Shown here in pieces: positions 34,601 through 43,998 of a stretch of DNA of 64,000 nt. The notes beneath the pieces were generated by a model. The model saw only the letters and a list, made by a program, of their open reading frames with translations, had not been told where the DNA came from and did not search any database. The position numbers and the translations under genes are program-made. This DNA comes from Patescibacteria group bacterium (GTDB lineage Bacteria > Patescibacteriota > Patescibacteriia > Patescibacteriales > UBA12465), in assembly GCA_041649315.1 (NCBI GenBank), contig JBAZNJ010000002.1, forward strand, positions 128,851 to 192,850. Direction: 5' to 3'. The first letter of the stretch is position 1; every line of letters starts with the position of its first letter.

Positions 34601-35358
34601 ATCGGATAATAACGGCCGGAGTTATTTCTACGATTAAAAAGATTTTGACCCGTAAGGGAGAGTCAATGCTTTTTGTAAAGATTGAAGACGCGGCCGCGAG
34701 CGTTGAACTTCTGATTTTTCCGCGGCTTTTAAAAGAAACGCCGGATCTTTGGCGCGAGGGGGCAGTGATTTTGTTAGACGGAAAAATTTCGGAAAAAGAT
34801 CAGGAAGTTAAGATTTTGGTCAATCGCGCTGTCGCGCTTGATTCGGCCGCGCCGCAGGAATCAATCGATGTTTTTAAAAAAATGATTTTAAATGCTCCGG
34901 CGCCGAGAAGTTCTTATGGCAATCGGAATGGCTATGGAAATAGCAATCGGAATGGTTATGGAAATGGCTATCGGAATGGTTATGGGAATAACAATGGTAA
35001 CGGAAATGGGTCCGGGAATAATCATGGAAAAATAAAAAGCGATTCAAGCGCGACAATGAAAAGTGGCGGAAAGATGACCGAGGGTGATTTGGTGTCAGGG
35101 GAAACCAAAGGCGGCTTGACGGACGGGAAGAGCGATGGGCCGCTTCGCTTGATATTTAAAGGAGATTTTTCTCGGGAGGCCTTAAATGAATTAAAAGAAT
35201 TTTTCCAGCACTATCCCGGCGAGGATGAAGTTTATTTTCGGATTAACGCCGATGGTCGTGCTCAGATAATCAAGGCCGCCTTTCGGATTTTAAATACTTC
35301 TAGCTTGCGGGATAAATTAAGCCGGGAATTTTCTGATTCGCTTAAGATCGCTGAGTAG
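31627..35358 (+). CDS. dnaE: DNA polymerase III alpha subunit DnaE, with a low-complexity insertion before the C-terminal domain
   Basis: PHP domain [15 protein letters not shown], and palm/fingers [37 protein letters not shown] and [27 protein letters not shown]. Confidence 0.95.
   Translation: [1243 protein letters not shown]
34912..35027 (+). repeat. degenerate AAT-GGY-TAT-GGN (N-G-Y-G) coding microrepeat inside dnaE
   Basis: Peptide [36 protein letters not shown]. The units aatggctatgg and aatggttatgg recur. Confidence 0.8.
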
Positions 35359-35507
35359 GCGTTTATGTTGTCGGGTAGACGCTAAAAGAAGGGCCTGTTA
35401 TTTTAATCCGAATAATCTGCTAGTAAGAGCTTGTTTTTTTGTTTGGCGGATTTAAGAAATTATGTTATAATAAAGATTATTGAAAAATAAAAAGATTGTT
35501 AAATTTT

Positions 35508-37238
35508 ATGCCGAAAAAAAAATCTACGGCCGCGTCGGCGCCGAAAACTACAAAGAATAATAAAAAAAAATCTATACCTAAAACCTCTAATAAAGCCGAG
35601 AAAAAAGAAAAGAAAAAAATCAGGAGTAAATCCGCACGCCCGGAAAAAGCTAAGATTTCCGAACCGGTTAAAAAAGCTAAATCGATTATCGTCGATGTAA
35701 TTGAGGACGAGCCGGTGGATAATGTCTGGCCGGAATACAAGAAGAACGTCAACTCGGCTCAGCCGGCTGTTTTATTGGAAGAAACCGAGGAAATCATCGA
35801 TGAAGATGGAAAAGACGGAGGGAATAAAAAATTTGACCCTTCTATTTCTAATAAAGCCGGCGAAGAAGCGATTAAAGCGCCGGCGGCCGTAGAGGCGGCC
35901 GAGGAATTAGATCAACAAAAAAAATTCTTTTCCGGATTAGTCTCTGAAATAAAAAACAAGGAAAACAGCAGTTTATCAGATAATCGAGAAGATTATAAAA
36001 ATGATTCCGTTTCCGGCGCAGATAGTCGAACCTTGCGACGCGTCGGGATTTATCGCCGCTTCGCAATAAAGTTTATCTTAATCGTCCTGGTTTTAGCGGC
36101 TATTGTCGGTTATTTTTCTTTTTCTAAATTAACGATTACCTTGGCTCTTAAAGGGGAGACCTTGAACGAAAGTTTGCTTTTTAAAGTAAGTAATCCGGCG
36201 CTTGCCCTTGAGAATGAAGAGGGGGGCGAAGATGAGGAGGATGAAAATAGTGAAAATGATAATTGGAATGACCAAGAGGAAGTTGATGAATCTTTGGATC
36301 CGCGGTCGGCAGTGAGCGGTGTAATAAAATTATTAGAAACAGAAGTAGAAGAAACTTTTCCGGCCAGCGGCGAAGAATTTTCCGGCCAAGATATAGTAGG
36401 AACGGTCAGGATAATAAACGAATATAGCAAGAGCCAGCCCTTAGTGGCGACGACCCGCCTTTTAAGCCCGGATAATAAGTTATTTAGGATTAAAAATGGA
36501 GTTACGGTTCCGGCCGGTGGAGAAGTTGCGGTTGGTATTTATGCGGATAAGCCAGCGCCTGAATTAGCTATCGGACCGACAAAATTTACTATTCCCGGGT
36601 TATGGGCCGGTTTACAGGATAAGATTTATGCTAAAAGCGACGCAGCCTTCTCTTACCAGCGGGCTGTAAAAAAATATGTTAAAGCTAGTGATTTAGAGGG
36701 AGCGGCCGCGGAAATAAGCCGGATGTTAACAGCGGACGCCAAAGCTAAAGCCGGCGTGCCGGCTGTAGGTTATAGCGACTGGCTTTATTATCCCGGCGGG
36801 CTCGGAAGCGTAATCATTGACGCGGAAATCGGCGAGGCTAAAGAGGAATTTTCCGCTTCGGCTTCCGGAAAAATGCTGGCGATTTCTTTTTCCAAGGAAG
36901 AAGCCGCGAAATTGGCTGTAGCGAAATTAAAACTGCTTACCCCGGATGATAAGGAATTAGTAGAGTTTGATTCAAATAAGGTTAGTTATTCCTTGGACGA
37001 TTATGATCCAGATTCCGGAACCGCGACGATCGAATCCTCTTTTTCCGGGACAATGATTTTAAAAAGTGATTCGGAAATCATTGATCGTCAGGCCTTGGTT
37101 AATCTGACTGAGGAACAATTAATAACTTATTTTAAAAATTATCCGGAAATTAGAGAATATGAATTTAAATTTTCTCCGAGTTTTATAAAAAGAGCGCCGA
37201 GCTTAGTTGATCGGATTACGATCAAAATTAAAGATTAG
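35508..37238 (+). CDS. hypothetical single-pass membrane protein (Lys-rich N-terminus, acidic linker)
   Basis: ATG at 35508 (the track's 35496 start is a TTG). TM segment FAIKFILIVLVLAAIVGYFSF. No family recognised. Confidence 0.5.
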   Translation: MPKKKSTAASAPKTTKNNKKKSIPKTSNKAEKKEKKKIRSKSARPEKAKISEPVKKAKSIIVDVIEDEPVDNVWPEYKKNVNSAQPAVLLEETEEIIDEDGKDGGNKKFDPSISNKAGEEAIKAPAAVEAAEELDQQKKFFSGLVSEIKNKENSSLSDNREDYKNDSVSGADSRTLRRVGIYRRFAIKFILIVLVLAAIVGYFSFSKLTITLALKGETLNESLLFKVSNPALALENEEGGEDEEDENSENDNWNDQEEVDESLDPRSAVSGVIKLLETEVEETFPASGEEFSGQDIVGTVRIINEYSKSQPLVATTRLLSPDNKLFRIKNGVTVPAGGEVAVGIYADKPAPELAIGPTKFTIPGLWAGLQDKIYAKSDAAFSYQRAVKKYVKASDLEGAAAEISRMLTADAKAKAGVPAVGYSDWLYYPGGLGSVIIDAEIGEAKEEFSASASGKMLAISFSKEEAAKLAVAKLKLLTPDDKELVEFDSNKVSYSLDDYDPDSGTATIESSFSGTMILKSDSEIIDRQALVNLTEEQLITYFKNYPEIREYEFKFSPSFIKRAPSLVDRITIKIKD

Positions 37239-37311
37239 GAGCCTGTCTCCGAAATCTAAAAACTTATGCTAAAAAAATATCCGGCGACATATAAGGCAAC
37301 ATAAAATATAT

Positions 37312-37343
37312 AAAAAATAGGCCGATAATTCGGCCTATTTTTA
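37312..37343. terminator. bidirectional intrinsic terminator
   Basis: aaaaaataggccga taat tcggcctattttt, between convergent genes. Confidence 0.75.
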
Positions 37344-37385
37344 TCAATTAAAACCTAATTAAACCTTTAAAAAATCGATAAAAAA

Positions 37386-38363
37386 TCAAAATAACCCTAA
37401 GAATTTTGTTCCGGATTTTTTACCTTTTTTAATAAGAGATTTAATCTTTTTATTTTCCTTTTCCTTATTATAAATTTTTAACGCCTCTTTGATGTCGGAA
37501 TTATGAAAAATAATCGCGCTTAAAGCTTTAGTTAAGCGGACGGCTTCTGTTAACGGACGCTGATGGAGATTGCGGCCGATAGCTAAACCGCTGCTGCCGC
37601 TGATTTTAACCTGATTCGCGACCTCTTCTAAAAATTCTTTAGCCGAGGCGCGTCCGCCGCCGACACAGACCACCTTGGTCCGTCCGGCCGCCGTAATCGC
37701 TTCAATAAATTTTTTGGCCGTAGTTTTTTTATCCTTAGTACCATAAGGATATTTTATTTTTACGAAATCGGCGTCAAGCGCCGCTGCTACGCCGGCCCCG
37801 CCGGCAATCGTATGGATATTTTCTTCCTTAATATTCTTTCCGCGCGGGTACATCCAGATTACCGCGGTTAAGCCGGCCTGATGCGCTTCATAAACCGCTT
37901 TAGCCGCCGTAGCTAATATTTCCGGCTCCCGTTTCCCGCCTAAGTAGACCGTATAACCGATTCCGACGATTCTTAAGCCGCTTTGTTTTTTGAATTTAAC
38001 GATATCATCGACGGTCCACCAAAGCGCGCCGTTGTCTTTATCCTTTTCTCCGGCATTGGTCTGGGCGTTTATTTTTACGATATAGGGCAATTTGCGGTAT
38101 TGGCGTCCATAACGGGAAATCAGGCCGAGCTGGGTCGCAAGCACGCCGCCGTCGGATTCAGCCGCGATTTTAAATAAATGTTCCGGGTTGGCGTCTTCCG
38201 GAGAAATTCCGGGACCGAAAAAATCATCGTTTAAATGTTCAACTTTTTGATCGCCGGCGATTAAGAGTAAGCGACCACGACCCTTGGTTAAGAGGTGATA
38301 ATTATCCTTATATTCCCGGCGGCGTTGACTCGGAACGCTTAAAGGAATTTGCGCGTTAGTCAT
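37386..38363 (-). CDS. class I (archaeal/DhnA-type) fructose-bisphosphate aldolase family protein with a Lys-rich C-terminal tail
   Basis: LLLIAGDQKVEH, YIVKIN, GIGYTVYLGG, VIWMYPRG, ALDADFVKIKYP (Schiff-base Lys region), VVCVGGG and GLAIGRNLHQ. Confidence 0.75.
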   Translation of the reverse strand: MTNAQIPLSVPSQRRREYKDNYHLLTKGRGRLLLIAGDQKVEHLNDDFFGPGISPEDANPEHLFKIAAESDGGVLATQLGLISRYGRQYRKLPYIVKINAQTNAGEKDKDNGALWWTVDDIVKFKKQSGLRIVGIGYTVYLGGKREPEILATAAKAVYEAHQAGLTAVIWMYPRGKNIKEENIHTIAGGAGVAAALDADFVKIKYPYGTKDKKTTAKKFIEAITAAGRTKVVCVGGGRASAKEFLEEVANQVKISGSSGLAIGRNLHQRPLTEAVRLTKALSAIIFHNSDIKEALKIYNKEKENKKIKSLIKKGKKSGTKFLGLF

Positions 38364-38444
38364 AGAATTAAAATATTTTAAAAAATTTTATAAAATAGCA
38401 ATTTTATGCTATGATAAAAGGGATAGAAATATTATATCATAAAT

Positions 38445-39407
38445 ATGGCTAAAGATAAAAATTTAGAAGACAAGAAAAGTAAGGGGTCATTTTCGTCCGC
38501 CGCAGGGACAGGCGGATCAATTCCGGAAATAGATTTGGAAAAGTACAATAATGAAGATACCGTAAGTTTGCGAGCGATGGAATTCGGCTTATGGTTGGCG
38601 CGGAATCGGCAAAAAATTAAAAAAACTATAATCGGTTTTTTATTCGCCGTCTGCGCTTTTTTCTTTATTTTTTCCGCTTATGGATTATTCAATTATTTTT
38701 TAGCTGGTGATCCTAATAAACAGGTAACTACCAACAATCTTTTACTTTCGCCGCGGAATATGACGATTAAGCTCGAAGCCGCGGCACCGGAGATTTTCAA
38801 AAGCGATGGTCACTACGACTTAGCCGCTAAAGTCCGGAATCCTAATGATAATTTTTTCTCTACCTTTAAATATTGTTTCCGCCAGGACGGATATGATGTC
38901 GCCTGTGGTGAAGCTTTTATTTTCCCGGAAGAAGAAAAATATATTTTGGCTTTGGCGCGCGATTTAGATTTAGATAAGGGGACGGCCGGAGTGAGCTTTG
39001 CTATTTCTGATATTTCTTGGCGTCGTCTGGATGCTCGTCGAATTCCTGATTGGGCGCGATACGCGGCCGAGCGCTTGAATTTTAGCGTTTCCGACTTAAA
39101 ATTTACCTCGGCGGAACGAAGCGATTTATCGGAAAAGGTCGCTTTGAACAGTTTAGAATTTTCCATAAAGAATGAAACCCCCTATGGTTATTACGAGGCG
39201 CCTTTGAATATTTTATTTTATAGCGGCGGCGCATTGGTCGGCGTAAATCGTTATTTACTGGTTGATTTTTTATCCGGCGAAAATAGGAATATAAATCTTA
39301 TTTGGCCGGGAAATTTACGCGGCGTAAACCGAACGGAAGTGGTCCCTGATATCAATATTATGGATGAGGGAGTTTATTTAAAGTACCGCGGCGAGGTTAA
39401 AAAATAA
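38445..39407 (+). CDS. hypothetical single-pass membrane protein
   Basis: TM segment IIGFLFAVCAFFFIFSAYGLF. The stop abuts the start of the SEDS gene. No family recognised. Confidence 0.5.
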   Translation: MAKDKNLEDKKSKGSFSSAAGTGGSIPEIDLEKYNNEDTVSLRAMEFGLWLARNRQKIKKTIIGFLFAVCAFFFIFSAYGLFNYFLAGDPNKQVTTNNLLLSPRNMTIKLEAAAPEIFKSDGHYDLAAKVRNPNDNFFSTFKYCFRQDGYDVACGEAFIFPEEEKYILALARDLDLDKGTAGVSFAISDISWRRLDARRIPDWARYAAERLNFSVSDLKFTSAERSDLSEKVALNSLEFSIKNETPYGYYEAPLNILFYSGGALVGVNRYLLVDFLSGENRNINLIWPGNLRGVNRTEVVPDINIMDEGVYLKYRGEVKK

Positions 39408-39408
39408 T

Positions 39409-40515
39409 ATGTTGAACCGGCTTAAGCTTTACCTAAAAAATTTAGATTGGCTTATTTTTGCCGTTATTTTCTTATTAATCGCTTTTGGCTTAGTGGAAAT
39501 ATATAGTATCGCTTTAGGGCAGAATACCCTAGACCTGCTTAATTTTTGCAAGCAGATATTTTTTGCTTCCGCCGGCCTGATTCTTTTTTTTATTTTTTCT
39601 TTTATTGATTCGCGCTTCCTTAAAAGCATCAGTCGCTATCTCTATTTTTTGGCTTTAGCGGTTTTAATCGCGGTTCTTTTATTCGGTTCGACAATCCGGG
39701 GCACGACCGGTTGGTTTTCAATTTTTGGTTTTGGTATCCAACCCGTGGAATTCGTCAAGGTAATCTTAATATTATTCCTGGCGGATTTTTTTTCGCGCGC
39801 GGCCATGAAGACCAGAAGCCGCCGCTATTTTATTTTATCCGCCTTGATCGCCGGCGCTCTGATTCTCATGGTTTCCTTACAGCCGGATTTCGGCTCGACG
39901 GTTATTTTAGGATTGATTTGGTTAGTAATGATTGCCGCGGCCGGTTTTGAAAAAAAATATTTATTAATAATCGGCGCGGCCGCTTTGATAATTTTTTCTG
40001 TTTCTTGGTTTTTGTTATTTAAAGATTACCAAAAAGATCGGATTATAGATTTCATCCGACCCGGGGAGAATGCCTTGGAATCCGGCTATCATGCTTCCCA
40101 GGCAATGATCGCCGTCGGTTCCGGCGGATTAACCGGAAAAGGCGTCGGTTTTGGCTCGCAATCCCAGCTAAGATTCTTGCCAGAAGCGCAAAATGACTTT
40201 ATTTTTGCGGTAATTTCTGAAGAATTGGGCTTTTTAGGCGTACTTTTAGTTTTAGGATTCTTTACGGTTTTTTTCGGCCGTTGTTTTCTGGCTATGCGGA
40301 AAATAAAGGATGATTTTGGGATTTATTTCATAATTGGTGGGGGGAGCTTGATTTTTATTCAAATGTTTATTAATATTGGTATGAACCTGGGGATATTACC
40401 AATCGTCGGTTTATCCTTGCCTTTTGTGAGCTACGGCGGCAGCTCCTTACTGTCGCTTTTGATTTTAACAGGCATGATGGAAAATATTATAATTAAATCA
40501 AAAATTAGCTATTAA
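39409..40515 (+). CDS. SEDS-family peptidoglycan glycosyltransferase (FtsW/RodA)
   Basis: 10-TM protein with QPVEFVKV, QPDFGS, LPEAQNDFIFAVISEELGFLG and LPFVSYGGSS. Confidence 0.85.
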   Translation: MLNRLKLYLKNLDWLIFAVIFLLIAFGLVEIYSIALGQNTLDLLNFCKQIFFASAGLILFFIFSFIDSRFLKSISRYLYFLALAVLIAVLLFGSTIRGTTGWFSIFGFGIQPVEFVKVILILFLADFFSRAAMKTRSRRYFILSALIAGALILMVSLQPDFGSTVILGLIWLVMIAAAGFEKKYLLIIGAAALIIFSVSWFLLFKDYQKDRIIDFIRPGENALESGYHASQAMIAVGSGGLTGKGVGFGSQSQLRFLPEAQNDFIFAVISEELGFLGVLLVLGFFTVFFGRCFLAMRKIKDDFGIYFIIGGGSLIFIQMFINIGMNLGILPIVGLSLPFVSYGGSSLLSLLILTGMMENIIIKSKISY

Positions 40516-40599
40516 GGGACTATTGCTAAATACTATTTTTATCCTGAGCTCCTAGATTCATGTTGAAAATAGTTTTCGGCGACAGCCCTATTAAAATTT

Positions 40600-41259
40600 A
40601 TGAATTTAAAATTGAAAGCTGAACAACGGGGAAAAGACGAAAAACTGAGTTTGGATTTTATCCCGGCCGTCCTTTATGGCAAAGAGATAGAAAATAAGGT
40701 TTTAAAGGTTAATAAGAAAGATTTTGACAAGGTTTTTGCTAATGCCGGCGAATCAAGCTTGATTGATCTTGATTGCGGCGATGGTCCGGTTAAGGTTTTA
40801 GTTAAAGATATCCAGCGCCATGTTTTAAAGAATTTTGTAACCCATGTTGATTTTTATCAAGTAAACATGAAAGAAAAAATCCATACGGAAATTCCTTTAC
40901 ATTTTATTGGCGAATCCAAAGCGGTTCGGGAATTGGGCGGTATTTTAATTAAGGATATGAGCGCGATAGAGGTTGAATGTTTGCCGGGTGATTTAGTAAA
41001 TCATATTGATGTTGATATTTCGGTCTTGAATACTTTTGATGACGCAATCCGGATCCACGACATTACATTGCCGGCCGGCTTGGTTTTAGTCCAGCAGACC
41101 AATGAGATGATCGCGGCGGTAAAAGAACCGAAAGTTGAGGAAGAGCCGGTTGTTGAGGCGGCTCCGGAAGAAGGCGCGGCGGCGGCAGGAAAAGAAGGCG
41201 AGGCGGCAAAAGAAGGCGCTCCGGCCGGAGAGGAAAAGAAAGAAGAAGGAAAAAAATAA
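40600..41259 (+). CDS. rplY: 50S ribosomal protein L25 (Ctc form) with an Ala/Glu/Lys-rich tail
   Basis: LKAEQRGK...FIPAVLYGKE, HVDFYQV, IPLHFIGES and IEVECLP. Confidence 0.85.
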   Translation: MNLKLKAEQRGKDEKLSLDFIPAVLYGKEIENKVLKVNKKDFDKVFANAGESSLIDLDCGDGPVKVLVKDIQRHVLKNFVTHVDFYQVNMKEKIHTEIPLHFIGESKAVRELGGILIKDMSAIEVECLPGDLVNHIDVDISVLNTFDDAIRIHDITLPAGLVLVQQTNEMIAAVKEPKVEEEPVVEAAPEEGAAAAGKEGEAAKEGAPAGEEKKEEGKK

Positions 41260-41280
41260 AATAGAAGTTTTATTTAATAA

Positions 41281-41310
41281 AAAATCCGGTTTGATTAAAA
41301 CCGGATTTTT
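41281..41310. terminator. bidirectional intrinsic terminator (overlaps the last codons of prmC)
   Basis: aaaatccggttt gatt aaaaccggattttt. Confidence 0.7.
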
Positions 41311-42293
41311 GTTATCAGCAGTCTTTTTTGTTTAGCAAGGTCGAGACAAATAGTATTTTTAGCTTTTGGGAAATATTTTTTACTTAAAGCTGTTATTTTT
41401 TTAGCTTGGCTCGGATCAATCTCGCAAAAAACCGTAATCGTTCGGCCGGCACTGGTTTTGATTTTTGCTAATTGGCTAAAGAGGCGGCGATAATATTTAA
41501 GGCCGTCTGATCCGCCGTCCAGCGCTAATTTCGGTTCGCGGGCAATGCTTGGCGAATCCTTAATTTGACGTGGGGTTAGATAGGGAAGATTGGCAGTGAT
41601 GATCATGTCGTGATCTAAGGCGTCGGATAGCCGGCTGGTGAAGGGCGTTAAAAGGTTGCCTTTTTTAAAAACAATCCGCTTGCCTAATTTATGCTTGGCG
41701 GCATTTTTTTGCGCCAGTTGTAAAGCAGCATAAGAAATATCTCCGGCTAAGAATTCGGTGCGTTTATAGATGGTTGGCATATCTTGCCGCAAGGCGGCGG
41801 CTATAGCGATAATAATTGCGCCCGAACCGGTGCCGAGATCAATAATCAGGAAGCTGTGCCTGTCGGATCGGATCTTTTTTTGAATCCCTCGCGGATTTTT
41901 ATCAGCCGCATGAATTTTTAAAGCATTTGGGTGTCCATCCCTAGTTCCATGAGTTTGTTCTGCTATATCAACAACAATATCTACAATCATCTCTGTTTCC
42001 GGCCGCGGGACGAGCGTCGCCGGGCTTACTTTGAAGTCCAGACCGTAGAATTCTTTATGCCCAGTCAAATAAGCAATCGGCCAGTTAGCCAGCCGTTTTT
42101 TTTCTAAGAGGTGAAAACGACGTAGAATGGCCGGATTGATTTTTATCTCCGGATGAGTTATTAGAAATTCCCGAGTTTTTTTTAACAAAAAGGCGACTAA
42201 AATTTCCGTTTCTAGCCGTGGCAATGGGCTCAACTTTAAAATTTGGGTAAAGGTAAGGGCTTTATGCGGTTGTGGAGTTTTATGTATTGACAT
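41295..42293 (-). CDS. prmC: release-factor glutamine N5-methyltransferase PrmC/HemK (NLPY variant of the NPPY motif; about 40-aa insertion)
   Basis: PIAYLTGHKEFYGLDFKVSPATLVPRPETE, DLGTGSGAI and ITANLPY. Lies directly downstream of prfA. Confidence 0.8.
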   Translation of the reverse strand: MSIHKTPQPHKALTFTQILKLSPLPRLETEILVAFLLKKTREFLITHPEIKINPAILRRFHLLEKKRLANWPIAYLTGHKEFYGLDFKVSPATLVPRPETEMIVDIVVDIAEQTHGTRDGHPNALKIHAADKNPRGIQKKIRSDRHSFLIIDLGTGSGAIIIAIAAALRQDMPTIYKRTEFLAGDISYAALQLAQKNAAKHKLGKRIVFKKGNLLTPFTSRLSDALDHDMIITANLPYLTPRQIKDSPSIAREPKLALDGGSDGLKYYRRLFSQLAKIKTSAGRTITVFCEIDPSQAKKITALSKKYFPKAKNTICLDLAKQKRLLITKIRF

Positions 42294-42294
42294 T

Positions 42295-43350
42295 TTATTG
42301 CCGTTTATCCCTCTCCGCCTTGGCCGCTTTTTTTAACTCCCCGATGATTTCTTCAATTTCTCCGTCCATAATCCGAGTGATGCTATGCCAGGAAATATTA
42401 ATCCGATGATCAGTGACCCGATCTTGCGGAAAATTATAAGTGCGGATTTTGTCCGAGCGGTCACCGCCGCCGACTTGCGTTTGGCGGGCGGACGAATCGT
42501 TTTGGCGCTTTTCTTCTTCTTGACGCGCCAAGAGGCGGGAGCGGAGAACCTGGAAGGCTTTTTCTTTATTTTGATGTTGGGATTTTTGGTCCTGACAGCT
42601 AACGGTTACACCGGTCGGAATATGGGTCAGGCGAATAGCGGAATAAGTCGTATTCACGCTTTGGCCGCCCGGACCACTCGAACAGAAAGTATCAATTCGA
42701 ACATCAGCCGGTTTTATTTCAATATCAACCTCTTCCGCTTCCGGCAAAACCACAACCGTGGCGGTTGAGGTATGAACTCGGCCCTGTTTTTCCGTTTCCG
42801 GCACGCGTTGGACGCGGTGCGTTCCCGCCTCAAATTTTAAAAAGCCATAAGAGCCTTCGCCTTTAACTTCAAAAATAATTTCTTTATAACCGCCGACGCC
42901 GATAACGCTTGAATCAAGCAGACCGAGCTTAAAGCCGCGTCGTTCACAGTAGCGGGCATACATCCGAAACAAGTCGCCGGCAAAAATCGCGGCCTCGTCG
43001 CCGCCGGCACCGGCCCGGATTTCTAAAATCGCGTTCTTTTTATCGTTTGGATCGGCCGGATTGATTTCGTCTTCAATTTCCTCTTTTAATTTCGCGACTC
43101 GTGTTTCTAGGCCGGCTAATTCCGCCTGCGCCAAATCACGTAATTCGCCTTCTTTTTCCGCCGCGATTATTTCCCGGTTATCTTTTATAGCTGTTTCAAC
43201 TTTTTCCCATTCCAAAATCAGCGCCATCGCCTTCTTTAAAGCGGCGTGCTCACGAGAAATCTTGATTAATTCTTTTTGATCGCTGATTACGGCTGGATCC
43301 GTCAGCTTTTTCTCTAATTCGGCAAAGCGATCCTTGGTAGCTTGATACAT
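42295..43350 (-). CDS. prfA: peptide chain release factor 1
   Basis: GGQSVNTT (GGQ motif), an RF1-type P-x-T tripeptide (RVQRVPETE), and GAGGDEAAIFAGDLFRMY. Confidence 0.9.
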   Translation of the reverse strand: MYQATKDRFAELEKKLTDPAVISDQKELIKISREHAALKKAMALILEWEKVETAIKDNREIIAAEKEGELRDLAQAELAGLETRVAKLKEEIEDEINPADPNDKKNAILEIRAGAGGDEAAIFAGDLFRMYARYCERRGFKLGLLDSSVIGVGGYKEIIFEVKGEGSYGFLKFEAGTHRVQRVPETEKQGRVHTSTATVVVLPEAEEVDIEIKPADVRIDTFCSSGPGGQSVNTTYSAIRLTHIPTGVTVSCQDQKSQHQNKEKAFQVLRSRLLARQEEEKRQNDSSARQTQVGGGDRSDKIRTYNFPQDRVTDHRINISWHSITRIMDGEIEEIIGELKKAAKAERDKRQ

Positions 43351-43490
43351 ATTGACTTAATTTTTATTATATGGTAAGCTTTGTTTACACTTAATAAGCG
43401 TTGTTCATTAAAATCCGATAGAGAACTAGTAGTAGTTTTTAGGGTTAGTAAATTTTTTCATAAATAGGTTTAGTTTAGGTTCTCTACGGT

Positions 43491-43527
43491 GGGGGGTAAG
43501 GTTTTATACTTTACCCTCTTTTTTTTG
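43491..43527 (+). terminator. orphan + strand intrinsic terminator inside the rpmE-prfA spacer
   Basis: Stem gggtaaggt (43494-43502) pairs with accttaccc-type actttaccc (43508-43516), followed by an 8-T run. No + strand gene lies upstream. Confidence 0.5.
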
Positions 43528-43581
43528 TTTAACTTATCTTTTCTTATTTTTTTTACTAAGAGAGATGTCGTTTACGTTAAT

Positions 43582-43648
43582 AAAAAACAACCGCTTATAA
43601 TTATTTTAGCATAAATATGCTTAATAATTAAGACCGGTTGTTTTTTTT
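43582..43648. terminator. long imperfect hairpin flanked by A- and T-runs, terminator of rpmE (-)
   Basis: aaaaaacaaccg...(AT-rich extended stem)...cggttgtttttttt. Confidence 0.6.
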
Positions 43649-43656
43649 AAGAGTCG

Positions 43657-43998
43657 CTATTTTTTATCAGTTTTGTTTAATTTAACCTGGGTAATCCGTT
43701 TTAAATCCTTAGTCCGAACCACGACCTCTTTCTTAGAGCGCGTGGCGGCGCGAGCCGCTCGTTTTACTTTTTTACCTTTCTTTTCTTTACCTTCTTCTTT
43801 CGCCTTAACTTTAGCTTCAAATTTTTCAACCCGGCGGGCGGTATCAACTAATTTTTGTTTGCCGGTGTAGAAAGGATGACAAGCTGAACAAAGTTCAACT
43901 TTAAGCTCCGGTTCGGTTGAGCCGGTTAAGAAAGTATTGCCGCAAACACAGCTAACCTTGCAATTCTCGTAATATTTTGGGTGGATTTCCTTTTTCAT
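43657..43998 (-). CDS. rpmE: 50S ribosomal protein L31 with a Lys-rich C-terminal extension
   Basis: [30 protein letters not shown]. Confidence 0.9.
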   Translation of the reverse strand: MKKEIHPKYYENCKVSCVCGNTFLTGSTEPELKVELCSACHPFYTGKQKLVDTARRVEKFEAKVKAKEEGKEKKGKKVKRAARAATRSKKEVVVRTKDLKRITQVKLNKTDKK

